Part shown: positions 1 to 11,160 of the stretch, piece by piece | How positions within the stretch are numbered: position 1 is the first letter of the stretch | Layout: each line of letters starts with the position of its first letter | Assembly (NCBI RefSeq): GCF_964188315.1 | Contig: NC_135668.1 | Coordinates: 37,882,001-37,946,000, forward strand | Source of the DNA: Podarcis muralis | Lineage: Eukaryota | DNA: 64,000 bases | Reading direction: 5' to 3' | Notes under the pieces: model-generated | What the model was told of the DNA's origin: nothing | Seen by the model: the letters and a program-made list of their open reading frames with translations, nothing else | Database searches by the model: none | Made by a program: the position numbers and the translations under genes

Positions 1-7
1 CATATAA

Positions 8-186
8 TACAGTGGCAAGAGCATCTGCCCTGCATGCAGAAGGTCTCAAGGTTCAATCCCTGGCATCTACATGTAGGACTGGGAGAGAACCCACCCTGAG
101 ACCCTGGAGGGGCTGCTGTCAGTCTGTGTAGACAACACTGAGCTAGATGGACCAGTGGCCTGACTCAGTGCAAGGGAGCATCTAGT
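8..186 (+). mobile_element. Squam3-like tRNA-derived SINE
   Basis: cagtggcaagagcatctgccctgcatgcagaaggtc...gttcaatccc...gagctagatggacc...; followed by (TTCA)n. Confidence 0.75.
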
Positions 187-224
187 TCATTCATTCATTC
201 ATTCATTCATTCATTCATTCATTC
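186..224. repeat. (TTCA)n microsatellite
   Basis: Direct read; tail of the preceding SINE. Confidence 0.95.
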
Positions 225-480
225 TATTCCATGTGTTTTTTACTTGCTAGACTCCTTGGGACTTTAAATTCAAAGATCATAGTTGTTCGGAAAGAATAAA
301 TCAAACAACTTACATTGCACTGAGTATGCATTTATGTTTTCTGAGTTTTCATAATAGATTTTAAACTTCAGCACAGCAGCTTGTAGCATTCTGAATGCTG
401 CAGGAAAAAAAATCACAGAGGGTGAACTTGAACAAAACTGAACTGAACGTGAAAAGATCTAGCTTGTCTGGGGAAAGGAC

Positions 481-659
481 CAGTGCTTTTTTCTGGGGGT
501 ACGCAGGGGTACACATACCCCAAAACATTTTGTGAATCTTTGTACTTTTGTCCATTTACTGTATTTATTTTCCCCGATTTGAACTATAAAATGGTGGTTT
601 TCTTGAGTCAAAATGAGAGTACCCCTGAACATATATTTTTTTTAAGAAAAAAGGCACTG
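481..659 (+). mobile_element. hAT-superfamily MITE
   Basis: TIRs CAGTGCTTTTT...AAAAAGGCACTG; exact 8-bp TSD GAAAGGAC at 473-480 and 660-667. Confidence 0.88.
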
Positions 660-1890
660 GAAAGGACAACATGAACTGAAACTAGTTCCTTTCCCAACAT
701 CTTGAACTGAAACTAGTTCCGTTTTTAAAATTAACTTTTCAGGCTCTGAGCTGGACATCTAGTTTTGTTCAGCAAACAAGCAGTTAAATGAAGGAAAATC
801 AGGAGGGAGGGAGGGAGAACACCTTCCAGTGTCCTGCCCTGCCCCCCTTACTCTGTCCTCCTTACTCCAGTGCACCCACCTGAGGGCTCGCTTGTCTGTT
901 CAGTGCAAGAGCCCCCCCTCCATTTTCCTTTATAGAGCCAGGCTGCCTTCAAGAACCATTATCGACAAATGTAAAGGAAGAAAACCTCGACTCCTTCTGA
1001 TTTGTTTGTTTTCATTAATGTTGGATCTGGGAAATTTCCATTCCTCGATGATGCCCTTACCTGTGAATTAAGGCCATTCCAACTGACCCAGAACTAAGTT
1101 GAGGATGGATGGAGACATGTGGACTCCAACTATCCTTTATCCACTAGGGGCAGTCGCAATGAATTTTCAGGTCCGTGATCCAGTTAAATAACCGCCCTGG
1201 TTCTCTCTTCCTTTTTCCTTTCCATATGCCTTGTGTTGGTAGAGCCTTCTTTTAAGAGAGGTGATGGGGGAATCGTTTGTGTGTCAATCTCTCTCCTTCT
1301 ATTTGCTTTCATTTATACCTTGTTCTCACACATTTAGTTGCCCATCTGACCTAGACTTCTAGGTGCCGTGCAATTTTGTCAATACAAACAAAACTGCAAA
1401 TCAAATAATAATAAAATACCAAATATGGCAAAAGATGAAAGAAAATGCAAACACGTTAAAAAGGGGGCTAAAATAGCCCCATTGGAGGGAGAAATAAATA
1501 AATAAATAAATAAGTGTTCAACATAGGAAGCTGCCTTCTGCAAAGTCAGACCATTTTTCGGCTAGATCAGTATTTTTAAGAATAAATTTTATTCGGAAAT
1601 AAAATGTAACACAGCATCCGTTAACAACCATTGCTAGTAACACACACATACACAAACAACGTTTTAAGATATATCACCCATCATAATAAATTAGTTATAT
1701 ATGTTATTACAAAACTATTATATATAACTATCTAACACATAAATAAAAATTAAAAGGTTAAGAATAAAATAGGCCTTACTTGATGTACCTCAGATGACTA
1801 CTGTAAGAAAGACGTATATTCATAATCTAAATTATCTTTGTAATACTATAATATGCAACTTCCATCTCTCAAATACTTTTGCAAATGTCA

Positions 1891-2306
1891 TCACTGCGCT
1901 TCAGAGTTACTATACGCAATGGTCCCCACAATTTCCTGAGCTTTCCACATTCTGGCACACCCAGCCCTATAAAGCCCTTGCAGAAAAACCAACACATCCC
2001 TCTGAGCAGTCTGCCTTGAGTCTCCTCCTGGTCTTGATCACTGCCTTATGTTGTGACGCCCACCTGTGGCCTGTGAACTTATATCTACTCCTGGGGTCTT
2101 CAACCCTCTGTTGCTGCCTTGAAACTTGGTAATGACCGGCTCCGACTCCACCTTTCCCTCTGGCGCTTTGATCCTCATTTGCCTGATCTGGTGCTTGACC
2201 TCCCAGGCCATCGTGAACATGTCTATTGTCCACCTGCTTTTCTTTTGCCTGCACTTGAACTGGGCCCCAGCTCCTGCCCGTCTTTCAACTAGCTAAAGGC
2301 CTGACA
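1891..2306 (-). pseudogene. Coding-like relic (exon-like segment B), identity unknown
   Basis: Acceptor tcttctacttttgccccacAG| at 2308-2307. One frame is open for 84 codons (2292-2041; AQFKCRQKKSRWTIDMFTMAWEVKHQIRQMRIK...) with strong third-position GC bias, is interrupted by TAG 2295-2293 and TGA 2040-2038, and stays open to 1894. Confidence 0.35.
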
Positions 2307-3029
2307 CTGTGGGGCAAAAGTAGAAGAGTTCTCTTGCCTTCATGTCCTGTTTTCTGAAGGCATCTGGTTGGCCAGCATATGGAAAAGGATGTTGCGCCTT
2401 TGGTCTGATCCAACAAAGTCCTTTGGCTGTTCTTATTTTATTCAGTGTGTAGTCTGCCCACTCCCAAGGGCTTGGAGCAAGCATTAATCTCAAAACTCAA
2501 AGCACCTTAGTTTAGGGATAGCACACCTGCTTTGCATGCAGAAGGTCCCAGGCTCAATCCCCAGCATCTCCAGGTATGGCCGGAGGAGATTCCCTGCCTA
2601 AAACCTTGGGCAGCTGCAGGGTAGCAGTTCCCAAACTTTGTTTCCCTCCTAATTGTATTTTATTGTACTACAAATTGAATTCCACAGAATTAGAACAGTA
2701 ATACAATAAGATCCAATATAACAAATAAAATAAGCAAAAGCAAACAAGCCCCATTTAAAATCTATATGCATATTTAATGTGATGGATGGGCCGTCTCCCA
2801 TCTTGAGCCACAAATCCACAGAGAGGCCGCAGACCACCCAAATGAAGCTCAAGGACCACTGGTGGTCTGCAGATCACAGAACTCCTGGGGCAGACAATAC
2901 TAAGCTAGATGGACTAAAGATCTGACTTGGTAGAAGGCAGGTTCCTGTGTCCCCACCTTTACCCCTGGACCTTGAAAGCTGATTTGAATAAACTGGTCTT
3001 TTGCTTCTTCTGGAAGGTACCTAGAATTT

Positions 3030-3160
3030 CCAGGGCAGAGCTGGGGAACCTCCAGATGTTGTTGGACTCCAACTCCCATCAACCCTCAGCCAGCATGGCC
3101 AATGGCCAGAGAATTATGGGTCTTGCAACATCTGGAGGGCCACAGGTTCCCCATTCCTAT
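3030..3160. mobile_element. Short palindromic hAT/Charlie-like MITE
   Basis: ggggaacctccagatgttgttggactccaactccc...caacatctggagggccacaggttcccc; related copies at 6484-6621, 52832-52970, 61517-61623. Confidence 0.6.
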
Positions 3161-3204
3161 TTCTGAGGAAAGTAATTCCAGAACAGTGGGGTAGTAGCCC
3201 ATAG

Positions 3205-3360
3205 TTTCCACACAGTGCTCATGGTACACATGGGAGGCTTAAGAGTTTAAGGATCATGGTGGGATATAGGGGCAGAGATAATCTCTTATTTATGCTGGGC
3301 TCAAGCTATTTAGGACTTTGTAGGTTATGACCAGCACTTTGAATTGAGCCCAGAAGGCAG
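3205..3360 (-). mobile_element. L2 LINE fragment
   Basis: Minus strand reads AQFKVLVITYKVLNSLSPA, typical L2 ORF2 C-terminal region. Confidence 0.65.
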
Positions 3361-3952
3361 CTGGGGCCCTGTTGCCTTGTCTTCCAAGGGTTCTATGCCT
3401 GTCAGAAGGCAGACTTCAAGTTGGGTATCTACTCTAGGGCATCTTCCTTCAAAACTGAAGCTGTTTACGTCCAAAGATGGACTCTCTAATGGACAGGGAG
3501 CACATGGCTTCAGCCTTCAGTGTGTCCAAGTTGACCTTATATCCAAAAAGAGAATGATATATGGGAGGAAAAACCATACCAGGGCAAGAAATCAAGAGTG
3601 GAGTAGACAGCACTCCGCTAAGAAAGGACCAATATTCCTTACCCATGCCCTTTTATTTTATGGGGAAGAAATCGATGGAAACCATTCAAACTATCTCTAT
3701 TGGCCCACTTTCCCTCGCAGTCCAGTCCTGTAGCCTTCCTTCCAGTCTTCAGAAGGTCCTTTCCCTCACCTGAGTCTCAAAAGCCTGGTAGATCAACCTC
3801 AATTCATTAACTGAGTTGTGTCTACTGGATGGACTTTGGTTGGACACAGGTCATCATCCGCTCATCTGCTCCTATGGTAGGAATCAATTTTGGGGTACCT
3901 TGTCCTCCAAGTCCAGCTTGGTAACTACCATGGTCCATTCATCAGCCCTCAC

Positions 3953-4220
3953 CTTCTGCCCCATCCTTCCCCAATGCTTCCTGTTTTTGTCTGCCTCTAT
4001 CTCGTTCTCTCATTCCCGGGCTGTGTAACAGTTTCCTCGGGAGTGCTCAGCTAGCTGACACATTTGCCACAGATGGATGGTGCGTGCAGAGACAGCTGTC
4101 ACTCCCGATTTGCAGCGGCCTGCGTGACAGCGGGGCTGATGAGTCCTGAAAGGCCTTCTCGCGGAGCACATGCACTATGACATTCTCTGAGATGAGCCCT
4201 ACAGACACCTCTCGGTGGAC
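3953..4220 (-). pseudogene. Coding-like relic (exon-like segment A), identity unknown
   Basis: Acceptor ttctccccAG| at 4222-4221; VHREVSVGLISENVIVHVLREKAFQDS...; CpG-rich; in-frame TGA 4049-4047; donor AAG|GTGAGG after 3953 whose phase fits segment B. Could instead be a CpG-rich regulatory element. Confidence 0.25.
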
Positions 4221-4775
4221 CTGGGGAGAAACTGGCATGCTCACCGTTTTGCCGTTCCACCTCCCTCCCACCCACCCCCTCCCCGAAGCAGCCTCCAGGC
4301 TTGTTGAAAGCATGAGCGCGGCGGTGTGTGCTGCTTGCACACATACATGCACAAGGCAGATACAAGCCAGGCCCTCCATGCCACCACTGGCTTGGTATGG
4401 CAGGTGCTGGGATTGTGGTCAGAGATGGTGGCGTTTCCGACAGTGACTGAGGTAGAGCTAGTCATTTGTCCTTGAAAACGAAGCGTACCCAGTTCTCAGG
4501 AGACCACATTCGACAGCCATGCAATGTCCTTCATACCCTCATTGTAAATAGAGGGTTTCCCTCTGTACAGGATGGTTGTGTTGTACAGAAGCACTCATCC
4601 TTCAGAGCTCTATAGACACACATTGTACAGGTCTTTCTGTCTGTCTCTCTTTATGCTTGTGTGTAACTTTTAATACAAGCCCCCCGCAACACAACGGAGG
4701 AGCTGATAGTTCTAGCTCTTCATTTCCATTGTTATTACACCTGAGGAGCTTCTGTAGGCCATGCACTCCTTGTAG

Positions 4776-4950
4776 AAGGGTCGTAGCACAGTGGCAGAGC
4801 ACCTGATGTCCCCTAGTTCAGTCCTCAGCATCTCCAAGTAGGGCTGGGAAGAATGTCCTCTGCCTAAAACTCTGGACAGCCACTGCCAGTCACTGTCAAC
4901 ACTCCTGAGCTATATAGACCCATGGTCTGGTTCAGTATATAGCAGCTTCC
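4776..4950 (+). mobile_element. Squam3-like SINE
   Basis: gtagcacagtggcagagcac head, cactgccagtc body, gcagcttcc end. Confidence 0.7.
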
Positions 4951-5918
4951 ACTGACATACAGAAGCTCCCATCCCCAGTGCTTCAAGGGATTGAAAGAGT
5001 TCCCCTCCATGCCCCTGAAAAAAGTCTATGCCAGCTTGGTGGGGGGAAACCCAAATGGTCCATTTATCCAAAATGAAGCTCAAGTCAAATGACTTGGTTT
5101 CTTGAAGGTCTAGAGAATGCCCAGGCCTTTTAAAAACCTCCACACATCCTTGTCGTTTTACATGGAAACCATCCACAACTGAGGGAAATGCGTGGAGCCT
5201 CTCCAGTTAAAAACAGCAACTGAAAAACTTGTAATCTTTGATCGAGCATCTCTGAGCATTGTCTTTGTGTCCTGCCTTCAAAGCAGCACATGGCCAGTTG
5301 GTTTGGAAATAGAATGCATGACGACATAAAAAGCCAACTGTAACAAAACGTTGAGGTGTAGACTGTTCCTATTTAGTGCTCCAGTGAATCAACCAGTTCC
5401 TCCTCCAGGAAGCTCCAGTTCCACCTCAACTCACTCCTAGTGAAAGGAGACAGCATTTGGTGTGCCCTCGGTCATCATTGCCTTGTTTCAGGAGGTTCTA
5501 CCTCCCAAGTGGGTTCCCCCTATTTCTTTATTTCAACTTGTGCAAAACTGGAGGTGGATAAAAATGTGCACATGAGTGATAAGAGTGTGCAGAAATGCAC
5601 TATATTAGGGGGAAATGTGCTTTGCAAAAATGTACATTAGGGGAAATTGCATACGGAAGGTGCATATTAAGAGAAATTAGCAGCAAAATGCTGAAGAGTT
5701 TTCATTTTCTCTTTGGAAAAAGCCTCCCAGTGTAAAAGTTGAAGAACTGATATGAAGATTGGAAAAGTGTGCTAGTGGTGGCTCATCTTTATTGGGCCAA
5801 GGGCTACAACACTGACCCACCGTCAACTCTCCAGGGGCTTCATGGGAAAGTGGGCGTCACCAAGTCGGGGAAGTAGGCGTGGCCAAAGTAGAAAATTAAG
5901 ACCTTTTATTTTCTTTCT

Positions 5919-6272
5919 GGACGCGGGTGGCGCTGTGGGTAAAAGCCTCAGCGCCTAGGGCTTGATGATTGTATGGTCGGCGGTTCGAATCCCCGCGATG
6001 GGGTGCACTCCCGTTGTTCGGTCCCAGCGCCTGCCAACCTAGCAGTTCGAAAGCACCTCCGGGTGCAAGTAGATAAATAGGGACCGCTTACTAGCGGGAA
6101 GGTAAACGGCGTTTCCGTGTGTGGCTCTGGCTCGCCAGAGCAGCCATGTCACGCTGGCCACGTGACCCGGAAGTGTCTCCGGACAGCGCTGGCCCCCGGC
6201 CTCTTGAGTGAGATGGGCACACAACACTAGAGTCTGTCAAGACTGGCCCGTACGGGCAGGGGCACCTTCACC
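5919..6272 (+). mobile_element. Sauria SINE (Squam1), subfamily with GCCTCAGCGCC head
   Basis: GGACGCGGGTGGCGCTGTGGG tRNA-like head, GTTCGAATCCC B box, (ACCTT)n tail; 13-bp TSD TTATTTTCTTTCT at 5906-5918 and 6273-6285. Confidence 0.9.
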
Positions 6273-6483
6273 TTATTTTCTTTCTAGCCGAAGTCAGTTT
6301 CCTTCCTTAAGCCCCCTCCTCGCAAACTCACTCAGTTTGTATTTTCTTCTAATTTTTCAAGTTTTTAAAATTTGATTGTTTCTATTTATTCTTTCGAAGT
6401 CAGTTAGTTTGTGTAATTTTTTGTATGTGAGGCTTGTGGAAAGGGTAAGCAAGACTAAGTTGGGGCAGCTTACAAATGTTAAA

Positions 6484-6621
6484 ACTGGGGGTGAGGGCAG
6501 GAACTTGTGTCCTTCCAGATGTTCTTAGACTACAACTCCCATCCTCTTTGACCATTCTGGATGGGGTTGATGGGATCTGGAGTCCAATAATATCTCAAGG
6601 GCCACAGGTTTGCCCTTCCTG
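6484..6621. mobile_element. Short palindromic hAT/Charlie-like MITE
   Basis: ccagatgttcttagactacaactcccatc...gatctggagtccaa...ggccacaggtttgccc. Confidence 0.6.
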
Positions 6622-6774
6622 TGTTTTAAAGAACAAGGCTCACAAGATTCCAGAAAGTATTTGGGACGTGAGTTCTATTCTGATTTTACCCCTTGTATGA
6701 TTACGGTTGTGTGAGGGGAGAGTGGAATTGCTCTTCTTGGCCACACACTGCCATGTCCTTCTTTTTATTTATTA

Positions 6775-6960
6775 TTACTTTTATACCCCACCTTTACTCC
6801 AAGCTGGTATATATGGTTCTCCCCTCAATTTTTTCTCCTCACAAAACCCCTGTGTGGTAGTCTAGGCTGAAAAATATTAAGTTGCCCAAGCTTACACAGC
6901 GAGTTCCATGGCTGAGTGGGGATTTGAACCCTGGTCTCCCAGAGTCTAGTGCTCTACACT
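6775..6960 (-). mobile_element. MIR-like/L2-tailed SINE
   Basis: cacaaaacccctgtgtggtag..ggctga...catggctgagtggggatttgaaccc; similar copies at 10625-10760 (+), 22555-22670, 41255-41360, 59330-59490. Confidence 0.55.
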
Positions 6961-6977
6961 GTTGCATGGGTAATGCC

Positions 6978-7128
6978 CAGTGCTTTTTTCTGGGGGGGCA
7001 GACGCAGGGGTACACATACCCCTAAACATTTTGTGAATCTAAGTTTGACCTCATTGAGGGGCAGCATTTCAATATGAGTAGGAAAATGAGAAGTACCCCT
7101 AAACATTTTTTTAGGGGGGGAAGCACTG
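6978..7128 (+). mobile_element. hAT MITE, same family as 481-659
   Basis: Same TIRs and GGGGTACACATACCCC core; degenerate 8-bp TSD gtaatgcc/gtaatggt. Confidence 0.82.
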
Positions 7129-7147
7129 GTAATGGTCTGCTATAAGT

Positions 7148-7575
7148 TTCTTGTTGTTTAGTCATTTAGTCATGTCCAACTCTTTGTGACCCCATGGTCC
7201 AGAGCGCGCCAGGCACTTCTGTCTTCCACTGCCTCCCGCAGTTTGGTCAAACTCATGCTGGTAGCTTCGAGAACACTATCCAACCATCTCATCCTCTGTC
7301 GTCCCCCTTCTCCTTGTGCCCTCAATCCTTCCCAACATCAGGGTCTTTTCCAGGGAGTCTTCTCTTCTCATGAGGTGGCCAAAATATTGGGGCCTCAGCT
7401 TCATGATCTGTCCTTCCAGTGAGCACTCAGGGCTGATTTCCTTAAGAATGGAGAGGTTTGATCTTCTTGCAGTCCATGGGACTCTCAAGAGTCTCCTCCA
7501 GCACCATAATTCAAAAGCATCAATTCTTCGGCGATCGGCCTTCTTTATGGTCCAGCTTTCACTTCCATACATCAC
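7148..7575 (-). mobile_element. Bov-B (RTE) LINE 3' fragment
   Basis: MYGSESWTIKKADRRRIDAFELWCWRRLLRVPWTARRSNLSILKEISPECSLEG; (CAA)n tail; 11-bp TSD CTGCTATAAGT at 7137-7147 and 7576-7586. Confidence 0.93.
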
Positions 7576-7585
7576 CTGCTATAAG

Positions 7586-7800
7586 TAGGGATGGGGAAAT
7601 CTTTCAGGTTCTCTCAATGTCTCATTTTTCATTCTCAAGTTCAGTGCTCCATATTTCCACATCAGTTTGGGGGTGAAAAAGTCCCCATAAAAATTTGTCA
7701 GCTTTTAACTACAAATTTCCCCTAATGTATGCTATTTGTATGCCTAATTTTGCATCATATGTGAGCTTTCACGTGATATAAAAACTACTTCCAAAAAGCT
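7586..7800 (+). mobile_element. Old non-autonomous hAT-like element (TAGGGATG terminus)
   Basis: TAGGGATGG start and ttctccatatttccacatcagttt body shared with copies at 22036, 37912, 43690, 45465 and, reversed, 5545, 17097, 63744. Confidence 0.5.
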
Positions 7801-8536
7801 AATGGAATATAGCACATGCTTAACGCTCTTTTCTGTGTTCTTTGATTCCAGAAAAAAAATCTGTTTGGAACCCCATTAACCAAAAAACTTGTGGGAGTAA
7901 AATGCCAAAATCTGAGGCAGTAGATCTGCTTACAGTTCTTTCCTGCCATTTCCAAGGGGACAAAATAATACACTGGGGAAAAGGGTGAAGGAATAGCAAC
8001 ACTGTCCAAAGAGGTTCATTCTTGTGCCACACCCACCGGTATGCATGACATACCAAGAGATCATTAAAAAAGCCACAGTTCCATAGCACACCAGATATTA
8101 CAAGGTGAAAAGAACATTAGAAAATAGGACAGGAGCATTATCAGGAAAATTAACAATTTCCCCTACATCTGAATGCATCCCAAGCTCCCTATGGTTCTGT
8201 GAACTGGAGAACCACAGAGGGCAAGGAGCTACCTTTAAAGAACTTTCATGCATGTACAAAACAACCTGTGGAACCCGGGTACCTGAAAGAGAAATCTCCA
8301 CTCCACATCTGAGTTCTTGCTCAAAGTGCCTTCACTGATCTAGGAGCAGGGTCTTCTTGGTTGTGGTGGCGACACTGTGGAATACCCCTCCCCAGGGACA
8401 GGCAGATATGGACTCAGGCGCCAAACTATATCTTGTCTCTTCCTTTGGATTAAGTGGAGTCTTCGATTCTTGTTTATTCTCCTTGTTCTCTTTTTCTCTA
8501 AAGTGCAGGGATATTGATGGGCTTTACTGTTTTGGT

Positions 8537-9374
8537 CTGGATGAATCCCAAACCAGAATTAAGATCGCCGGAAGAAATATCAACAACCTCAGATATGCAG
8601 ACGACACAACCTTGATGGCAGAAAGTGAGGAGGAATTAAAGAACCTTTTAATGAGGGTGAAAGAGGAGAGCACAAAATATGGTCTGAAGCTCAACATCAA
8701 AAAAATGAAGATCATGGCCACTGGTCCCATCACCTCCTGGCAAATAGAAGGGGAAGAAATGGAGGCAGTGAGAGATTTTACTTTCTTGGGCTCAATGATC
8801 ACTGCAGATGGTGACAGCAGCCACAAAATTAAAAGACGCCTGCTTGGAAGAAAAGCGATTACAAACCTAGACAGCATCTTAAAAAGCAGAGACATCACCT
8901 TGCTAACAAAGGTCCGTATATAGTTAAAGCCATGGTTTTCCCAGTAGTGATGTATGGAAGTGAGAGCTGGACCATAAAGAAGGCTGATTGCCAAAGAATC
9001 AATGCTTTTGAATTATGGTGCTGGAGGAGACTCTTGAGAGTCCCACGCACTGCAAGAAGATCAAACCTCTCCATTCTTAAGGAAATCAGACCTGAGTGCA
9101 TACTGGAAGGACAGATTGTGAAGCTGAGGTTCCAGTACTTTGGCCACCTAATGAGAAGAGAAGACTCCCTGGAAAAGACCCTGATGTTGGGAAAGATGGA
9201 GGGTACAAGGAGAAGGGGGACGACAGAGGATGAGATGGCTGGCCAGTGTTCTCAAAGCTACTGCCATGAGTTTGACCAAACTGCGGGAGGCAATGGAAGA
9301 CAGGAATGCCTGGCGTGCTCTGGTCCATGGGGTCACAAAGCATAGGACACGACTAAATGACTAAACAACAACAA
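8537..9374 (+). mobile_element. Bov-B (RTE) LINE 3' fragment with RT motif, frameshifted
   Basis: RNINNLRYADDTTLMAESEEELK (YADD RT motif) and a downstream Bov-B C-terminus split over two ORFs; gactaaacaacaacaa tail. Confidence 0.93.
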
Positions 9375-9639
9375 CCATTTTTGTGTTACTTTATGCTGCT
9401 TTGCCCATGGGGGCAGGTGGGGCAGAAAGCAAAGACTCCACCAGCAAGTGGAGCCAGACCAATGACAGGTAGAGCCAACTAAAGCTAGTCTTGTCCCTGT
9501 CCATCTCCTCTTCCCTGCTGAGTTCTACAAGAACAGTGGTGAGACTAAGGAGCAGGGGCAGGAAGTGGACAGGCAGTGCCACCCCCTGGCACTGGAAGCA
9601 TGGAAGCAAGAAGGCAGGCAGGCGGGACACTAGCTTGGA

Positions 9640-10016
9640 CTGGCATGGAGAAAGTGGACCATGTTTTGCTCGCTGTTTCCTCATAACACTAGAACTCATG
9701 GACAGCCCACGAGGTTACAAGTTGGGAGATTCAGGACAAATGTAAGGAAGCCCTTCTGCACATGGCACATGGTTAATCTATGGTACTCACTCCCACAGGG
9801 GGCAGTGATGGCCACCAAGTTTGATGGCTTTAAAAGAGGATGAAACAAATTCATGGAGCGTAAGCCTATCAATGGCTACTGGCTCACCCTCCAGGAGGGG
9901 TTGGGTCCAGCTTGTAGTCTTCCTTTTGAGGTATCTGGGTGGCCAATCTGAGACCAGGATGCTGGAGGAGATGGACCATTGGCCTATTGCAGCAGGTCTC
10001 TTCTTATAGTCTTATG
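9640..10016 (+). mobile_element. CR1 LINE 3' fragment
   Basis: VVNLWYSLPQ-type coding end, gatggctttaaaagagg...aaattcatggag block and cttatgttcttatg-like tail. Confidence 0.75.
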
Positions 10017-10238
10017 TGACATCACCCCCCTCCACTTTTTTGCCTTTCTCAATTTTTAAAGTGTAATCAGCTTGAGGGCAGAGGCCCCGTCTTTTTGTTT
10101 ATGAAGTGCTGTCTATCAATGGCCCTGCTGGAGAAGGGGCTGGCAGACCATTAGCGACTAGTGACCTGTTTCCCAACTCCATATTTAACCAAGCAAACCA
10201 TGAATGCAATGTGGTGAAATAAGCTGTGCTTATAAATT

Positions 10239-10595
10239 GCGGGTGGCGCTGCGGGTTAAACCTCAGAGCCTAGGACTTGCCAATCAGAAGGTCAGCGGTT
10301 CGAATCCCCGCGACGGGGTGCGCTCCCAGTGCTCGGTCCCTGCTCCTGCCAACCTAGCAGTTCGAAAGCACATCAATGTACGTAGATAAATAGGTACCAC
10401 TCCGGTGGGAAGGTAAACGGCATTTCCGTGCACTGCTCTGGTTCGCCAGAAGCGGCTTAGTCATGCTGGCCACATGACCTGGAAGCTGTACACCGGCTCC
10501 CTCAGCCAATAAAGCAAGATGAGCGCCACAACCCCAGAATTGGACACGGCTGGACCTAATGGTCAGGGGTCCCTTTACCTTTACCCTTACCTTTA
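10239..10595 (+). mobile_element. Sauria SINE
   Basis: Full body, Bov-B-like 3' block (ccccagaattggacacggctggacc) and (ACCTTT)n tail. Confidence 0.9.
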
Positions 10596-10762
10596 CATAT
10601 ACAACATTCTACCTCTTTCCCCCAGCACTTTGAATCTAGGTGACCTTGGAACAGCCACAGGCTTTCAGCCTAACCTACTTCACAGGGTTGTTGTGAAGGT
10701 AAAATGGAGAGAGGGAATTATGTACGTCACCATAAGCTCCTTGGAGGAAAGTTGGGACATAA

Positions 10763-10819
10763 ATATTATTCTTCTTATTCTTATTCTTCTTATTATTATT
10801 ATTATTCTTATTATTATTT
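10763..10819. repeat. (CTTATT)/(ATT)n compound microsatellite
   Basis: Direct read. Confidence 0.9.
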
Positions 10820-11040
10820 ACGGGGGGGTGATTTCATTGTTTGTTGAAAACTTTTTGGGATTTTATTTTATTTCAAGAAAAGAGTCCACTTTCCCAATTC
10901 TAAAGTTGGGAACCCAGTGCATTTAACAATAACTTCCCATTGATCTCTCTAACACCCCTCCCTACAGGTCACTGACACACGTTGAAATTCTGTGTCTTAT
11001 ATGTTAAGGAATGTGCAGTGATCACTTACACAGAGGCTGC

Positions 11041-11160
11041 TTCCAGGCCACACGTTTATTGAGTGGGCATCCTGATCTGTTTTCAAGGAGGTGAGATGAG
11101 TTGCATCGACAGCATTTGTTCTCCGGTGGATTGCCCTCTCATTTTTCTTATCAAAAAAGT
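11041..11160 (+). repeat. Unassigned dispersed module, copy 1
   Basis: ttccag...GTTTATTGAGtgggCATCCTGATcTGTTT...GGAGGTgAGATGA...tcatttttCTTATCAaaaaagt. Confidence 0.6.

Noticed and set aside
672-720. 18-bp direct repeat TGAACTGAAACTAGTTCC with 31-bp period; similar short tandems at ~13485 and ~41355
   Set aside because: Two copies only, typical slippage duplications; not an array and not CRISPR-like.
1141-1153. CTCF-like CCACTAGGGGCAG
   Set aside because: One base short of the CCACYAGRKGGC core; cannot be supported without a PWM score or ChIP.
2132-2293. Hydrophobic plus-strand peptide (ALILICLIWCLTSQ...) as a GPCR fragment
   Set aside because: It is the antisense frame sharing third positions with the minus-strand relic, and DRY/NPxxY-type motifs are not correctly spaced.
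2038-4049. Selenoprotein reading of the in-frame TGA codons
   Set aside because: One of the three stops is TAG and I found no SECIS-like AUGA/AA/GA hairpin downstream.
8357-8923. 188-aa ORF as a host gene
   Set aside because: Its C-terminal two thirds are Bov-B reverse transcriptase and the N-terminus is unrelated flank.
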